From NCBI GenBank assembly GCA_019654055.1, contig BPDA01000004.1:1097-65096 (forward strand): a DNA stretch of 64,000 nucleotides. Direction: 5' to 3'. A model generated the notes under the pieces. That model was not told the DNA's origin and ran no database searches. It saw only the letters and a list, made by a program, of their open reading frames with translations. Position numbers and translations under genes: made by a program. Source of the DNA: Methanobacteriota archaeon. GTDB lineage: Archaea; Thermoplasmatota; Poseidoniia; Poseidoniales; Thalassarchaeaceae. This document shows, piece after piece, positions 50,057 through 60,762 of the stretch (within the stretch, counting starts at the first letter, position 1; every line of letters starts with the position of its first letter).

Positions 50057-51811
50057 CTAGAGAACGGCTCTCGTACTCAATCTGCCGACGGCTTCGATGT
50101 CGAACTCCCCAGCATGTATCGGAGACCTCAGCCCGAACTCGTGGCTGACGGCTGGGTCTATCTCCCCAAACTGCCCGATCTCTGTACCCGAGGCCATCGC
50201 CCTCGCACCCCGTCCAGCTATCCAAGGCCCATGAGGATCCTCGGTTGGTTCGAAGGTGACCTCACTCATCTCGGCACCCAGGTCCCTCAGAAGGGCCTGT
50301 GCGACCCCCTTGGACGCGGTGAATCCCCCTCCGACCTCGGCACATGCCCAGGCAACTCTCTTGGAGTTGCCAGAGTCCCTGACCACCTCGCCTAACTCGT
50401 ACACCCTCTGTGGCAACTCGTGATGCCTATTTGCCGCAAGCAGTCCGAGCAGTGAGGGCAGGACGTACTGGCGCAGTATTGTGTGCTCTACGGTGATGGG
50501 GTTCGAAATCACGGACTTACTACCTCTCTCGGGCCACCTGACTCGCTCGAATTGGTCCCTCTCGTTCGACAGTGTGAGTCCGAGAGTCTCCTGTATGCCC
50601 AGCGACCTCAGGCTCGCCCTTACCCTACGTTCGAGGTGTGATGACTGCAGCGGAATCGCATCCATGTGAGTCTCCGACAGCTTCTCTGGCATGTTCTCAT
50701 ATCCGTATCCTATCGCTATGTCCTCGACTATGTCTACCGGGTGCATGATGTCACTTCGCCAACGCGGCATCTCCACCATGTGCTCGCGTTCGCCCACCGC
50801 GCAGTCGGCCCACCTCTCGGCCTTGTTCACACCGTCGGTGACGGTCCTCGACTCGATTAACCGTCCACCCATCTTGACTAGGGCCCCGGCAATTTCGTCG
50901 GAGCCTAGGTCGAGGCCCAGCACCTTGCCTATCAGGCGGTCCGGGACCCGATGCCTAACCGCATCCCCACGCGGGGTGACGCTGGTCTCACCATCCCATC
51001 CAGCGACCCTGACGCTCTCGATGGACCCACCTCTTTCGTGCAGGGACAGGCAGACCAGCATCAGGCATGCCTCGCAGGCCCGCTGATCCCATCCGGTCAC
51101 GTCGATGAAGAAGTCGGTCGTGGTCTCGGTAATGGTGGTGTGGTCGCCGTTGATAATCGGCGGGAAAGACAGGATGTCGTCGTTGGAGTCGAGTATCACC
51201 GGGAACGACTGTAGGCCATCCATCAGGTGAGCGTACTCGATTCCTTTGGGGTGCTCTTCGAGGATCTCGCGGATGGTCATCTCCTCGGTCATCATCAGCG
51301 GCACGAAGGAATGCGATTCGGGGACGGTGACGACCTTGAACGGCGCGGAGATGGTCGAGAGATCGTGCACACCAATCGAAGCGAACCTGCGTTTGCGTCC
51401 TAAGGTGAGGTGGAGCTTCTCTTGGTGATCCATCAAGGACTGGATGAAATCATCCTTCTCGGAGTCGGTGCTCCCGGTGTCGACGCCCCTTACTATAGCT
51501 GCCATTATTACTGGCCTGACCTGCTCCAGAGATGGGTCTACGGCCATCTCAGTCGCGCTGTCGCCGACCTCAATCGAAGGGCTCTCCATTGCACTTCCTG
51601 AGAAGCTCCTGACGGCGCGAGCCAGTGATTCGTGGCTGAGCAGGTCCGGGCGATCCGGGAAGACCTCCACTTCAATGACATCATCATCGTTGCCCTCGAC
51701 AGGGCAACCCATGCTCGGCAGCCAGTTGGGCCACCTGTCCGCAGAGTGCTCTGTCCCATTGATTCCCTGTATGTGCCGCAGGAGTGAGTGCTGGAGATTG
51801 AGAGTCGGCAT
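50057..51811 (-). CDS. pheT: Phenylalanyl-tRNA synthetase beta subunit (archaeal/eukaryal type)
   Basis: MPTLNL...IEVEVFPDRPDLLSHESLARAVRSF. B3/4 domain (FPPIINGDHTTITETT). C-terminal B5/catalytic-like region. Confidence 0.9.
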   Translation of the reverse strand: MPTLNLQHSLLRHIQGINGTEHSADRWPNWLPSMGCPVEGNDDDVIEVEVFPDRPDLLSHESLARAVRSFSGSAMESPSIEVGDSATEMAVDPSLEQVRPVIMAAIVRGVDTGSTDSEKDDFIQSLMDHQEKLHLTLGRKRRFASIGVHDLSTISAPFKVVTVPESHSFVPLMMTEEMTIREILEEHPKGIEYAHLMDGLQSFPVILDSNDDILSFPPIINGDHTTITETTTDFFIDVTGWDQRACEACLMLVCLSLHERGGSIESVRVAGWDGETSVTPRGDAVRHRVPDRLIGKVLGLDLGSDEIAGALVKMGGRLIESRTVTDGVNKAERWADCAVGEREHMVEMPRWRSDIMHPVDIVEDIAIGYGYENMPEKLSETHMDAIPLQSSHLERRVRASLRSLGIQETLGLTLSNERDQFERVRWPERGSKSVISNPITVEHTILRQYVLPSLLGLLAANRHHELPQRVYELGEVVRDSGNSKRVAWACAEVGGGFTASKGVAQALLRDLGAEMSEVTFEPTEDPHGPWIAGRGARAMASGTEIGQFGEIDPAVSHEFGLRSPIHAGEFDIEAVGRLSTRAVL

Positions 51812-51819
51812 TTCTCACC

Positions 51820-53361
51820 TCAGTTGCCTAGCCACATGGGCAGCGGACGGTCGAAGCCCACCAGCCTCAGCCCGCTTATCGAAGCCGTGTCGTAATCAAG
51901 GGCCCTGAGGTTCCTCCTACTGAGTTGCTCCAGTCCGTCTATGCCCAACTCGAGCATCCAACCACGGACCGTCGAGTCCAGCCATACCAGCGTCTCTTCG
52001 AGGCCGTCTGCAGGAGGGGGTGCCACCAGTATCGGACACCCAGCCGCGACCGCGATTAGCATGTCCTCTGCACTAGGCGCCTCGTCCATCTCTATGAGTA
52101 GATGGCGCCCCTGCTCGGCCAGGTTCATCGCTCGGGCGGCGAGCCCTATTCTAGGGAGGGCCGATGCAGCGCGGCTCCCGCCGGGCGACGCCGCATCTAT
52201 GACGGCCCCGTCCAAGTCTAGGTCTACAACCAGCCTGAACAGATGATCGGCCCGATCGACGCAATCGCGCAGTAGGATTAGCGAGTCATCCTTCATCTTG
52301 CATGTGATGGACACCAGAATCGCCTCAATCTCGGCATCGTTCAACTGAGGTAAATCCGTGAGATCGAGAACCACTCCCGCGCAACTCCCCAGCCACTTAG
52401 CGCAATCGATGAGGTTACCTTCGCCCACCAGAACTAGGTCATGCTCGCGAGGAGATTCTCTGACCAATGCCGGCTGAGACTGCGAGGCCGCCCCGGCCCA
52501 ACCGCTGGCCGAGTCGGACTCCACCAGCCAGGGGACGGGAAACAGGACACCACCTTCCTCAATGCCTAACGGCATCAGAAGGGTGAATGGGTCAAGGGGG
52601 GTGTGCTCGGCCAGCCTTTCAGAACTCGAAGGGACTAGTGCTATGCTCTCGAATCCTTCAGCTACAGAGGAGTCTGGCATCTCGGCGATTCCAGCGGATG
52701 ACTCGGAGGGAACCAAAACCAAGGCGTCCTCCTCAAGAGTCAGGCCTAACGGCTCTAGGTACTCTGCCAACTGGACCATCTCGGCTGCCTCGACACCCCG
52801 CATGGTAGCACCCTCTCCGGGCGGAGGGCAGCTGCCGGCTATTACCACGCGCCCCCCGGTCATCCCCACTCCGGGCTCCGATCCGACTGAACCGAGCACG
52901 ACTATCGTGCCATCACTCATTCCAGCCCCTGCCCTCTTGCCGACGTGCCCCCGGACAATCACCGTTCCGCCCGACATACAGGCCCCGACATCGTCGCCAG
53001 CCGAGCCCTGCACTGTGATGGTGCCGCCGGTCATCCGGCTCCCAAGTCGGTCGCCGACGTCCTTCTCCACCACGATGCGACCATCTCTTTGGAAAGCCCC
53101 GAGCATAGAAGTGCTCGAGCCTTGGAGCGTGAAGTTCCCACCGCTGTTCATCGCGCCCGCGCACTCGCCGAGATCTCCCAGTAGAAGCACTCTGGACTTG
53201 GCGGGAAGGTGGGAAATCGCCCCGATCTCACCCTTCTTGGGTTTCTCGTCCCCCCCGCGACCCCATCCAATCCTGACCAACAGGTCCCTCTCCAAGGCCT
53301 CGGAGAGCATTCCATCGAGGTCGCGGCCCAGTTTGACACTCTTCGCCGTGACCTCGCGCAT
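51820..53361 (-). CDS. Glutamate-synthase-related protein: GXGXG (GltB domain-3-like) beta-helix module plus degenerate FMN-domain-like C-terminal region
   Basis: GXGXG-type repeats: GECAGAMNSGGNFTLQGSSTSMLG, GSRMTGGTITVQGSAGDDVGACMSGGTVIVRGHVGKRAGAGMSDGTIVVLGSVGSEPGVGMTGGRVVIAG. Start taken at the ATG at 53361 (MREVTAKS), because the longer ORF (to 53565) overlaps the divergent gap gene. Confidence 0.7.
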   Translation of the reverse strand: MREVTAKSVKLGRDLDGMLSEALERDLLVRIGWGRGGDEKPKKGEIGAISHLPAKSRVLLLGDLGECAGAMNSGGNFTLQGSSTSMLGAFQRDGRIVVEKDVGDRLGSRMTGGTITVQGSAGDDVGACMSGGTVIVRGHVGKRAGAGMSDGTIVVLGSVGSEPGVGMTGGRVVIAGSCPPPGEGATMRGVEAAEMVQLAEYLEPLGLTLEEDALVLVPSESSAGIAEMPDSSVAEGFESIALVPSSSERLAEHTPLDPFTLLMPLGIEEGGVLFPVPWLVESDSASGWAGAASQSQPALVRESPREHDLVLVGEGNLIDCAKWLGSCAGVVLDLTDLPQLNDAEIEAILVSITCKMKDDSLILLRDCVDRADHLFRLVVDLDLDGAVIDAASPGGSRAASALPRIGLAARAMNLAEQGRHLLIEMDEAPSAEDMLIAVAAGCPILVAPPPADGLEETLVWLDSTVRGWMLELGIDGLEQLSRRNLRALDYDTASISGLRLVGFDRPLPMWLGN

Positions 53362-53524
53362 GACACTCCCTGTGCGGACATGGCCCCATCGGTCTTCATT
53401 CTGACGGGCAGAGTGTACCCGAGCCGCTGCTAATGGGGCAAAACCCGTGGTTCGGGACGAAGGGTATGTTGATAGAGGGCTGGCAAGGGCGACGAAACAC
53501 CCTGAGGGGTATGTGGGGTCAAGC

Positions 53525-54559
53525 GTGATTAGGGTCGCCATCAACGGCTTCGGGACTATCGGCAAGAGAGTCGCCGATGCCGTAGACGCTCAGGACGACA
53601 TGGAAGTCGCTGGAGTGACCAAGACTGGGCCAAGCTTCGGCTGCTCTCTGGCGGCGAAGAAGGGCTACCCGTTGTACTGCACCAGTGACGACCCTGACCG
53701 CATAGCCTCGTTCTCGTCGGGCGGGTACGATTGCCAAGGGGGACTTTCCGACCTACTTTCATCGGCAGACGTCGTGGTCGACTGCGCTCCCGGGAAGATG
53801 GGTGCAGCCAACTTGGCCAAGTACGAGGCAGCAGGTATCAAGCACATGTTCCAAGGAGGCGAGAAACATGAGTTGACAGGCCTCTCGTACACCTCGAGCG
53901 CCAACCACACCGAGAACCTGAACGCCAGAGGGACCAGAGTGGTCTCCTGCAACACCACCGGGCTCTCGCGCACTCTGGTGCCACTGTACGAGATCGGCGA
54001 CTCGCTCAGGGTCGAGTGTACCATGATTCGCAGGGCAGCCGATCCAGGGGACTCGAAGAAGGGCCCCATCAACGCCATCAAACCGGTACTCAAGGTACCC
54101 AGCCACCATGGCCCAGATGTGATGACTGTGAAGCCCGAGATAGAGATCAACTCCCTAGCTGTGGCGGTTCCGACCACCCTGATGCACGTTCACGCCATCA
54201 TAGCGGATCTGCCTACCGGTCATGGCCAGACCACCGAGTCCATACTTGACCTGTGGAGGCAGACACCTAGGGTCATCGTGATGCACGGCGAGAGCGATCG
54301 CCTGACGACCACCGCAGAGGTCATGGAGATGGCGCGTGACATAGGCCGCAAGTGGGGGGACTTACACGAGGTCTTCGTCTGGGAAGATGGGGTGAAGTTG
54401 GTTGGCGACAGGCTGTACTACTTCCAGGCTATACACCAGGAAAGCGACGTGATACCAGAGAACATAGACTGCATACGCGCCCTGATGGGTGTCGAGTCAG
54501 ACTGGAAAGCATCCGTGGCCAAGACGGACAGCGCGATTTCGGACTACTACGGACTCTGA
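53525..54559 (+). CDS. gap: Glyceraldehyde-3-phosphate dehydrogenase, archaeal type II
   Basis: VIRVAINGFGTIGKRVADAV (Rossmann fold) and the catalytic SCNTTGLSRTLVPL. GTG at 53525 is preferred over the ORF-track start at 53447. Confidence 0.9.
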   Translation: MIRVAINGFGTIGKRVADAVDAQDDMEVAGVTKTGPSFGCSLAAKKGYPLYCTSDDPDRIASFSSGGYDCQGGLSDLLSSADVVVDCAPGKMGAANLAKYEAAGIKHMFQGGEKHELTGLSYTSSANHTENLNARGTRVVSCNTTGLSRTLVPLYEIGDSLRVECTMIRRAADPGDSKKGPINAIKPVLKVPSHHGPDVMTVKPEIEINSLAVAVPTTLMHVHAIIADLPTGHGQTTESILDLWRQTPRVIVMHGESDRLTTTAEVMEMARDIGRKWGDLHEVFVWEDGVKLVGDRLYYFQAIHQESDVIPENIDCIRALMGVESDWKASVAKTDSAISDYYGL

Positions 54560-54635
54560 GCGCACCCCGTGGTCGGCGAGTTTCGTTGTACACCTAGCAT
54601 GAACGGTCAAAAAGCCCCCTCGGGTCGGCTGAAGC

Positions 54636-57600
54636 ATGACTAGGGTTCGCTCGACAGCGCTGGTTCTCGCAGCGCTCGTCCTGTCCACGTGGTCAGGCGC
54701 GCTAGCGAGCGCCTCCGCGAACTCTCCCTCCGGCAGCGATTCACAAGGTTCCTCGGTGCCATCCCAGTCAGAGTGGTCGCGAATAGATGCCTTCGAGGCC
54801 TACTATCCGCTGCGTGCATCATCGGGCCTCCTGCACTCACCATTCGGTTCATTCGACCCGTTGCGCGACCCGATTCCACTCGGCCCGGAGAACCTGTACG
54901 ATCCGAAGGCCCTCGAGCGCACGGGGATGCTCCTCGTACAATCCTCCAGCGCCGACTTGACTGACCTTTTCGACTCCCTGTCCAGCATGGGGCTTGAGGT
55001 CCTTGACGTGTTCCCCGACGATGCCCTCGTGGTCCGTGTCGATTCCTCGGGCGACGACGGCGTTCTGGCGGCGATCGACAGTATTCCCAGTGTCAGGTGG
55101 GCCGGGGAGCTACCAGTGTCATGGCGAGTGGCCTCCGGGTTGATACCGCTCTCCGCAAGGCACGGGATGCTGGTGGATCTGGATGTGACCCCCGCTCCCG
55201 ATCTCAGCACCGAGGAGCTGACCGAGCTCTCAAAGGACCTACTGCTGGTCTCGGGAGGGGCAGGACTCAGGGAGGTGTGCGACGCCTACCTGTGCCAGCC
55301 TCGCTCGGTTGATGCGAAGTGGATACCGGTCTTGGCCATGGACGGAAGGATCCTCCATATCGGTTTGGCTTCCCAACTGACCGTTCACAATGCCAACGCT
55401 AGGGCAATCAGCGGCATCAACGACGCCCTGTCGAACTCGGGAGGATTACTGAATGGCAGCGGAGAGGTGCTTGCCATCTCCGATACCGGGCTGGATGGCG
55501 ACCACGGCGACTTCACGAATCGGATTAGGGGGATCTACGACCAGTTCGGCCCTGACAACTCGAACGCCGACGTCAACAGCGGCCACGGGACCCACGTCGC
55601 GGCCACGCTCCTCGGCGACGGCTCGGGCGACTCCGCTGCTTTGGGCATGGTTCCAGCTGCCACCTTCCACTTCTATCAGCTCGAGGCCGACAGCTCAGGA
55701 GTACTGGCCAGGTGGGGTTCGCTGTATGACATGTTCACTCATTCATGGCAGAACAGCGCACGTATACAGACCAACAGCTGGGGCAATGAGAACTTAGTCG
55801 GCGAATACAGCTCTGACTCAAGGTCCGCCGACGCCTTCCTAGTGGACTATCCACGCTTCCTCGTCCTGTTCTCTGCCGGTGACCTTGGTTCGAGCGGAAA
55901 CAGTGTCACGCCCCCCGGAACTGCGAAGAACGTCCTGACGGTCGGAGCCTCCACCACTGGGGCACAGGATAGCACTCCCGAGGGCTCGGTGCCAAAGGCT
56001 TCTCGTCGAGGGGGACGACCTTGGACGGGCGCATCAAGCCCGACCTAGTCGCCCCGGGAGTGATGATATGCTCGGCTAGGGCAGAGGAAGCGCAGTTCGC
56101 CAGCGGCGCCTCGTGCTCTAGCGCGACCCACGTTGATGGTAGCACCCCTCTGTACATGGCCCTCAACGGCTCTTCCATGGCCACGCCGGTGGTCGCCGGC
56201 GCCGCAGCCATGGTCCGGCAGTACCTCAGGCAGATAGAGGGGATAAGCGAGCCACGCTCGGACCTAATCCGGGCCATCCTGATCAACGGTGCCGAGGACA
56301 TCGGCGCTCTCAACATCCCTAATCCCGCTGAGGGCTGGGGGCAGGTAGACGTTCAGAACAGTCTCTACCCTTCTTCGGGAGGGCAGGACCTGTCCGTCCT
56401 GTATGACTACTCGCGCGAGCTGCTTCCAGGCCATTCCTTCATCTACACCTTCGACATCGATGCTAGCCAGAGCATCGACATCACGCTGGTTTGGAACGAC
56501 AGGGAGGGCTCTGCCGTGGCCGACCAGAGCGCTGCCAGACTGGTGAACGACCTCGACCTTAGGGTGACCTCGCCCGACGGCACCGTATACATCGCTAACC
56601 AGTTCTCCAGCGGGTTCAGCGTCTCAGGCGGTAGCGAGGACCGCCTCAATAACGTGGAGAGGGTGCGACTGGCTACGGGCACCTCGGGGACATGGATCGT
56701 CGAGGTAGGCCACGCAGGAGGCACCCTACAGGACTACGCGATAGTCGTTAGTGCGGCGGCCACGGAGTTGGAGCAAGCAGACCTGACTGTGTTTGAAGGC
56801 TCACTTTCGAGTTCCGTAGAGAGCCCGTTGCAGGGCGATACATTACTGGTCGAGGCAGCTTGGAAGAACCAGGCTGCCGCTGAAACAGGCATCTACTCGA
56901 TCGAGGTCGAGGACCTCACCGATGGTACGGTGATTCACACATCCCAGCGTTCCTCGCTCGGCGGTGGCATGCTCGACTCACTGTCATTCCCGCACTCGTT
57001 CTCCTCCACTGGGCTCCATGTGCTCGAGCTGAGGCTGGACTCCGAATCGGAGGTCGACGAGCTCAACGACGAGTCCACGGGGACGGATAATAACAGGATG
57101 CTACTACATGTCAACGTCTCGCAGATCGGAGTTAGGCTGACTCCTTTGATGGAGGACGGAACCGTCCCGAGTAACCCAGCCGAGCTGAGCCAGGCGATGA
57201 CTAGGACCCTAGACCCAAGGACGGCCAGTTGGGTCCTCTTCGACCTCGAGATGCGTAACGAGGGCACCTCCGAGATCTCAGTCGGTCTGAGCGTTTCGCC
57301 TGTGCAGCTGCTTGGGGACGACGGGGTCCTCTACGCCCCTCAGGACGAATGGTGGAAACTAATCAACGAGTCGGGCCCTTGGACGCTGGCACCATACGGA
57401 GAGGAGGGCGACAGGCTAGTCGTCACTCTGAACATGTCGGACATGGACACCGACCTGTCCAGCCCCTCCGATGTGGTGTACGCCCTACCTGGGACCTTCG
57501 TCTCCGACCTGACCCTGTTCGACACCAACGCCCCCACGGTCTCACACAGCATCAGGCTAACAGCGATAGTCGAGAGGGTTGAGGGGTTGTACACCATAGT

Positions 57601-59419
57601 CGCTGGAACCGAGGGATTGGGCGCAGAGCCCGGCGATTTCGCCGTCTTCTCCCTATCCATCAAGAACACTGGCAACGGACCGACCCAGTACACGGTCAGT
57701 TGCGAGACTGACGACCGATGGACCATACACATCGGCAACAGCCAGTCCTCCGAAATCACACTCGAGCCACTCAGCCGTCTGCAATTCCTTCCACTCCCAA
57801 TAAGGGTCAGAGTTCCCGATGCCCATGACGGGCAGCCTTCCGCCGGGCTGACCCAAGATATCCTGTGCGTAACGACCTCTGTCAATGACCCGACATTGGA
57901 GACCACCGAAGAGGCGCTGCTGACCGTTCTCGAGAAACTAGACTTCTCACCCGAGTTGTTCGATTACGAGGGAGTCGCGCTAGGACCACTCGCCATTGCC
58001 GAGCCCAGACCAGTCCTGAACAACGACGTAATCACGACCGAACTGGTCGTCTCGAACGACGGCAACGTCCCGATGCAGTTCGTAGTTCAGGCCTTCTCGT
58101 CGCTGAACAGTTGGCCCATCCAGATGACTGTGGGATCGGAGGTCCAGACCGAGGAGATATCCCTCGACATTCCGGCCGGCTCATCCGCCAGCGTGAGCAT
58201 CGCCACGATAGTACCGCCTGCTGCCGAAATGGGGGCATCCAACACCATCACGGTGCGCACCACCCTCGCTGACGGCCCGACCGTCACCAATGCCACGCGC
58301 CTAGTGGTACAGGAGGTCGCCACCTTAGATCTCACCTGGAACGCCACCATGGCCATTTCGCTCGGAGTCCCCGGTACTGCCGACATACATGCTCACAACA
58401 CCGGCAATGTCGAGCTTGGGATCAGTCTGACCATGGGCACGCTGCCGGAGGGCTGGTCCGGAGGGTTCCTGTCTGGCAGGGACTTCTCCATGGAGATGAA
58501 CCAGGAGGCGACTATCACCGTAGGGGTCGACCTTCCCGGTAGCCTCCCTGCTGGTTTGGTGGGCCAGAAGGTCTCGGTCATCATCGAGTCCACATCTCCC
58601 TCGGGAGGTGATGTGCGCGTGTACACTGTGGAGATGGATGTGGAGGTACTGCCTTCGATATGGCTCGGCCTGACTTGCGACTCGTCCGCCTTCGAGGACA
58701 TCGGCTCTTCGGGCACGACCTTCGACATTGTGGTGACCAACCTAGGCAACACTCAGGCAGATGTGTTCGTCTCCACCGAGGGAGCTGAGGGCTGGGACAT
58801 TCAACTCGGCCAGACCGATTCAGTCACCATGGCTGCGGGCGAATCATTGACAGTGACGGCTACGGCCATCCCCGGAGAAGGGGCTTCTAATGGCTTGACT
58901 CACATCCAATTCAGCGCCAACTCTACGGGTTCTGGAGGAGTTACCGCAAGCATCACCGGAGGCAGCATCGAGATTGGAATCAGCAAAGAGAGGGATTCCA
59001 GCAGAGGGGGTCTGGGAGGAATCCTGGACAGTCTGGGACTTCCCGATTGGACCCTAGCCCTGACCTTCATCCTGCTGCTTGGTTTCGTGGTGGTCTCGGG
59101 AGTCAGGATGCGAAAGTCATCCGCGCAATCGCTCAGCCCCGAGGAGGAGCTGATTCCAGAGGGTTCGGCCCTCCTTGCAGGGACTCAATCCGAGAGGAAG
59201 GCCGCCGCCTTGGAGACCTCGGCATCGGGCGAGGTCCTGACTGGAGGGGTCAGCGACGACGAGATTCAGACTGCCATAGCGCAGTCTGCCCCGATGCTCA
59301 AACCTCCTACCGCGGCCGAGGGCGCCCCTCCACTCCCACTCAGCGGTCTCCCAGAGGGGTGGACCATGGAGCAATGGAACACCTACGGCCACCTCTGGTG
59401 GGAGCAGAACAAGCCCTAG
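54636..59419 (+). CDS. Giant subtilisin-like serine protease (S8) with long CARDB/Ig-like repeat stalk, TM anchor and cytoplasmic tail; frame broken once
   Basis: Signal LVLAALVLSTWSGALASASA. Asp AISDTGLDGDHGDF. His SGHGTHVAATLLGDG. Frame change between 55972 and 56000, giving ..GFSSRGTTLDGRIKPDLVAPG. Ser LNGSSMATPVVAGAAAMV. About 700 aa of beta-sandwich repeats. TM WTLALTFILLLGFVVVSGV. The tail ends LPEGWTMEQWNTYGHLWWEQNKP. Confidence 0.85.
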
Positions 59420-59460
59420 ATGCGCTTTGCTTATGGCCCGGACCGCCTCGGCGATGGCTG

Positions 59461-60096
59461 ATGACCTCCATAGTGCTGTTCGGCCCTCCGGGCGCAGGAA
59501 AGGGCACCCAGGCCGCGCGCATCTCGTCCCTCACCGGCAAACCTCAGGTTTCCACGGGTGACATGCTCAGAGCCGCTGTGGCATCTGGCTCGGACCTAGG
59601 CTCGGAGGCCAAGGGCTACATGGATGCAGGTCTACTAGTCCCCGATGGGGTCATCATCGGACTAATCTCCCAGAGGCTTAGGGAGCCGGACGCCGAGTCA
59701 GGACTGTTGCTGGATGGCTACCCGAGGACCATAGCTCAGGCCGAGGCACTCAGCGAGGTTGAGGACGTATCCATGGTGATTTCCATCGAGGTCCCCGACG
59801 AGGCGATTATCGAACGGATAGTGGGGAGGAGGATGGACCCGCATGACGGCACAATCTACCACATCAGATTCAACCCGCCTCCTACTGAGGCAGCCTCAAG
59901 AGTTGTTCAGCGGGAAGACGACAACGAGGAGACCGTGAGAAACAGGCTCTCGGCATATCACGAGCAGACCGCCCCTCTCGCAGATTGGTATCAGGATAGA
60001 GGCGTGCTCGTTAGGATTGACGGCGACCGCACCATCGGGGAGGTGGGGGACGCCATAGGGAGCGCCATCGCAAGCATGGGGTCTCGAGATGTCTGA
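59461..60096 (+). CDS. adk: Adenylate kinase (bacterial/eukaryal ADK family, lid without Cys4 zinc site)
   Basis: MTSIVLFGPPGAGKGTQA, STGDMLRA, LLDGYPRT, and lid RRMDPHDGTIYHIRFNPP. The ORF-track start at 59047 overlaps the protease gene and is rejected. Confidence 0.92.
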   Translation: MTSIVLFGPPGAGKGTQAARISSLTGKPQVSTGDMLRAAVASGSDLGSEAKGYMDAGLLVPDGVIIGLISQRLREPDAESGLLLDGYPRTIAQAEALSEVEDVSMVISIEVPDEAIIERIVGRRMDPHDGTIYHIRFNPPPTEAASRVVQREDDNEETVRNRLSAYHEQTAPLADWYQDRGVLVRIDGDRTIGEVGDAIGSAIASMGSRDV

Positions 60097-60415
60097 CCGC
60101 TCGCGCAATCGGAGCTCGAAGAGGGGCAGGGCTTCCAAGGCTGTAGAGGAACTGTCTTCGGTCCTCCTGTCCCGATGGGGCGACCAGGAGGTCGCGGACG
60201 CCGCCGCTAGGGACATACTCAGAATCGGTAAGCGGCACGGTGAACGCCCCACGTCCCACGTCAGCAGGCTGATCTGCAGGGGCTGCGAGGCGGCATTGGT
60301 TCCCGGCAGGAACGCGAGATTCAGAATCTCGGATGGCATGCTCGTAGTCACCTGCCAAGACTGCGGAAGAATCGATCGTGCGGGACCCGATTTCAAAGGG
60401 AGGGATTCTGATTAG
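60089..60415 (+). CDS. rnp4: RNase P protein component 4 (Rpp21/Rpr2 family)
   Basis: Zinc ribbon ICRGCEAALVPGRNARFRISDGMLVVTCQDCG and a basic N-terminus. Its ATG overlaps the adk stop (ATGTCTGA at 60089-60096). Confidence 0.8.
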   Translation: MSDRSRNRSSKRGRASKAVEELSSVLLSRWGDQEVADAAARDILRIGKRHGERPTSHVSRLICRGCEAALVPGRNARFRISDGMLVVTCQDCGRIDRAGPDFKGRDSD

Positions 60416-60689
60416 TGGCGATGCGCCCGAATCGATTCTACGCCGGGCCAAGGACAGGTCACTGGCTGTGACCATCAGGATAGGCAAAGAGGGAATCACC
60501 GACTCAGTGGTATCGGAATTGAGCGATCAGCTCGGGAAGAGGAGACTGGTCAAGGCGAAGGCGAACCGAGGCATGCTGAACGGATCGTACGAGAGGTCGG
60601 AGGCATTCACGGCACTCGCCGATGCCACCGGTTCAAGGCTGGTTCACAGCAGGGGCAACACCGCAGTTTTCTGGTCCGGCTCAAGATAA
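60378..60689 (+). CDS. YhbY/CRM-domain RNA-binding protein
   Basis: LRRAKDRSLAVTIRIGKEGITDSVVSELSDQL...LVKAKA...GNTAVFW matches the CRS1/YhbY pattern. The start codon is uncertain (GTG at 60378, overlapping rnp4). Confidence 0.7.
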   Translation: MRDPISKGGILISGDAPESILRRAKDRSLAVTIRIGKEGITDSVVSELSDQLGKRRLVKAKANRGMLNGSYERSEAFTALADATGSRLVHSRGNTAVFWSGSR

Positions 60690-60762
60690 TTCGAGAAAAC
60701 TATCCTCTCTTGGGAAGGGTTGCGATGGTCACATATTTAGAGGCGACAATACTCGCCGAGCC

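Noticed and set aside
59047-59460. A 138-aa N-terminal extension of adenylate kinase (ORF-track start at 59047).
   Set aside because: It overlaps the 3' end of the S8 protease gene in another frame, is Arg/Gly/Pro-rich shadow sequence, and the canonical Adk N-terminus (MTSIVLFGPPGAGKG) begins at the ATG at 59461.
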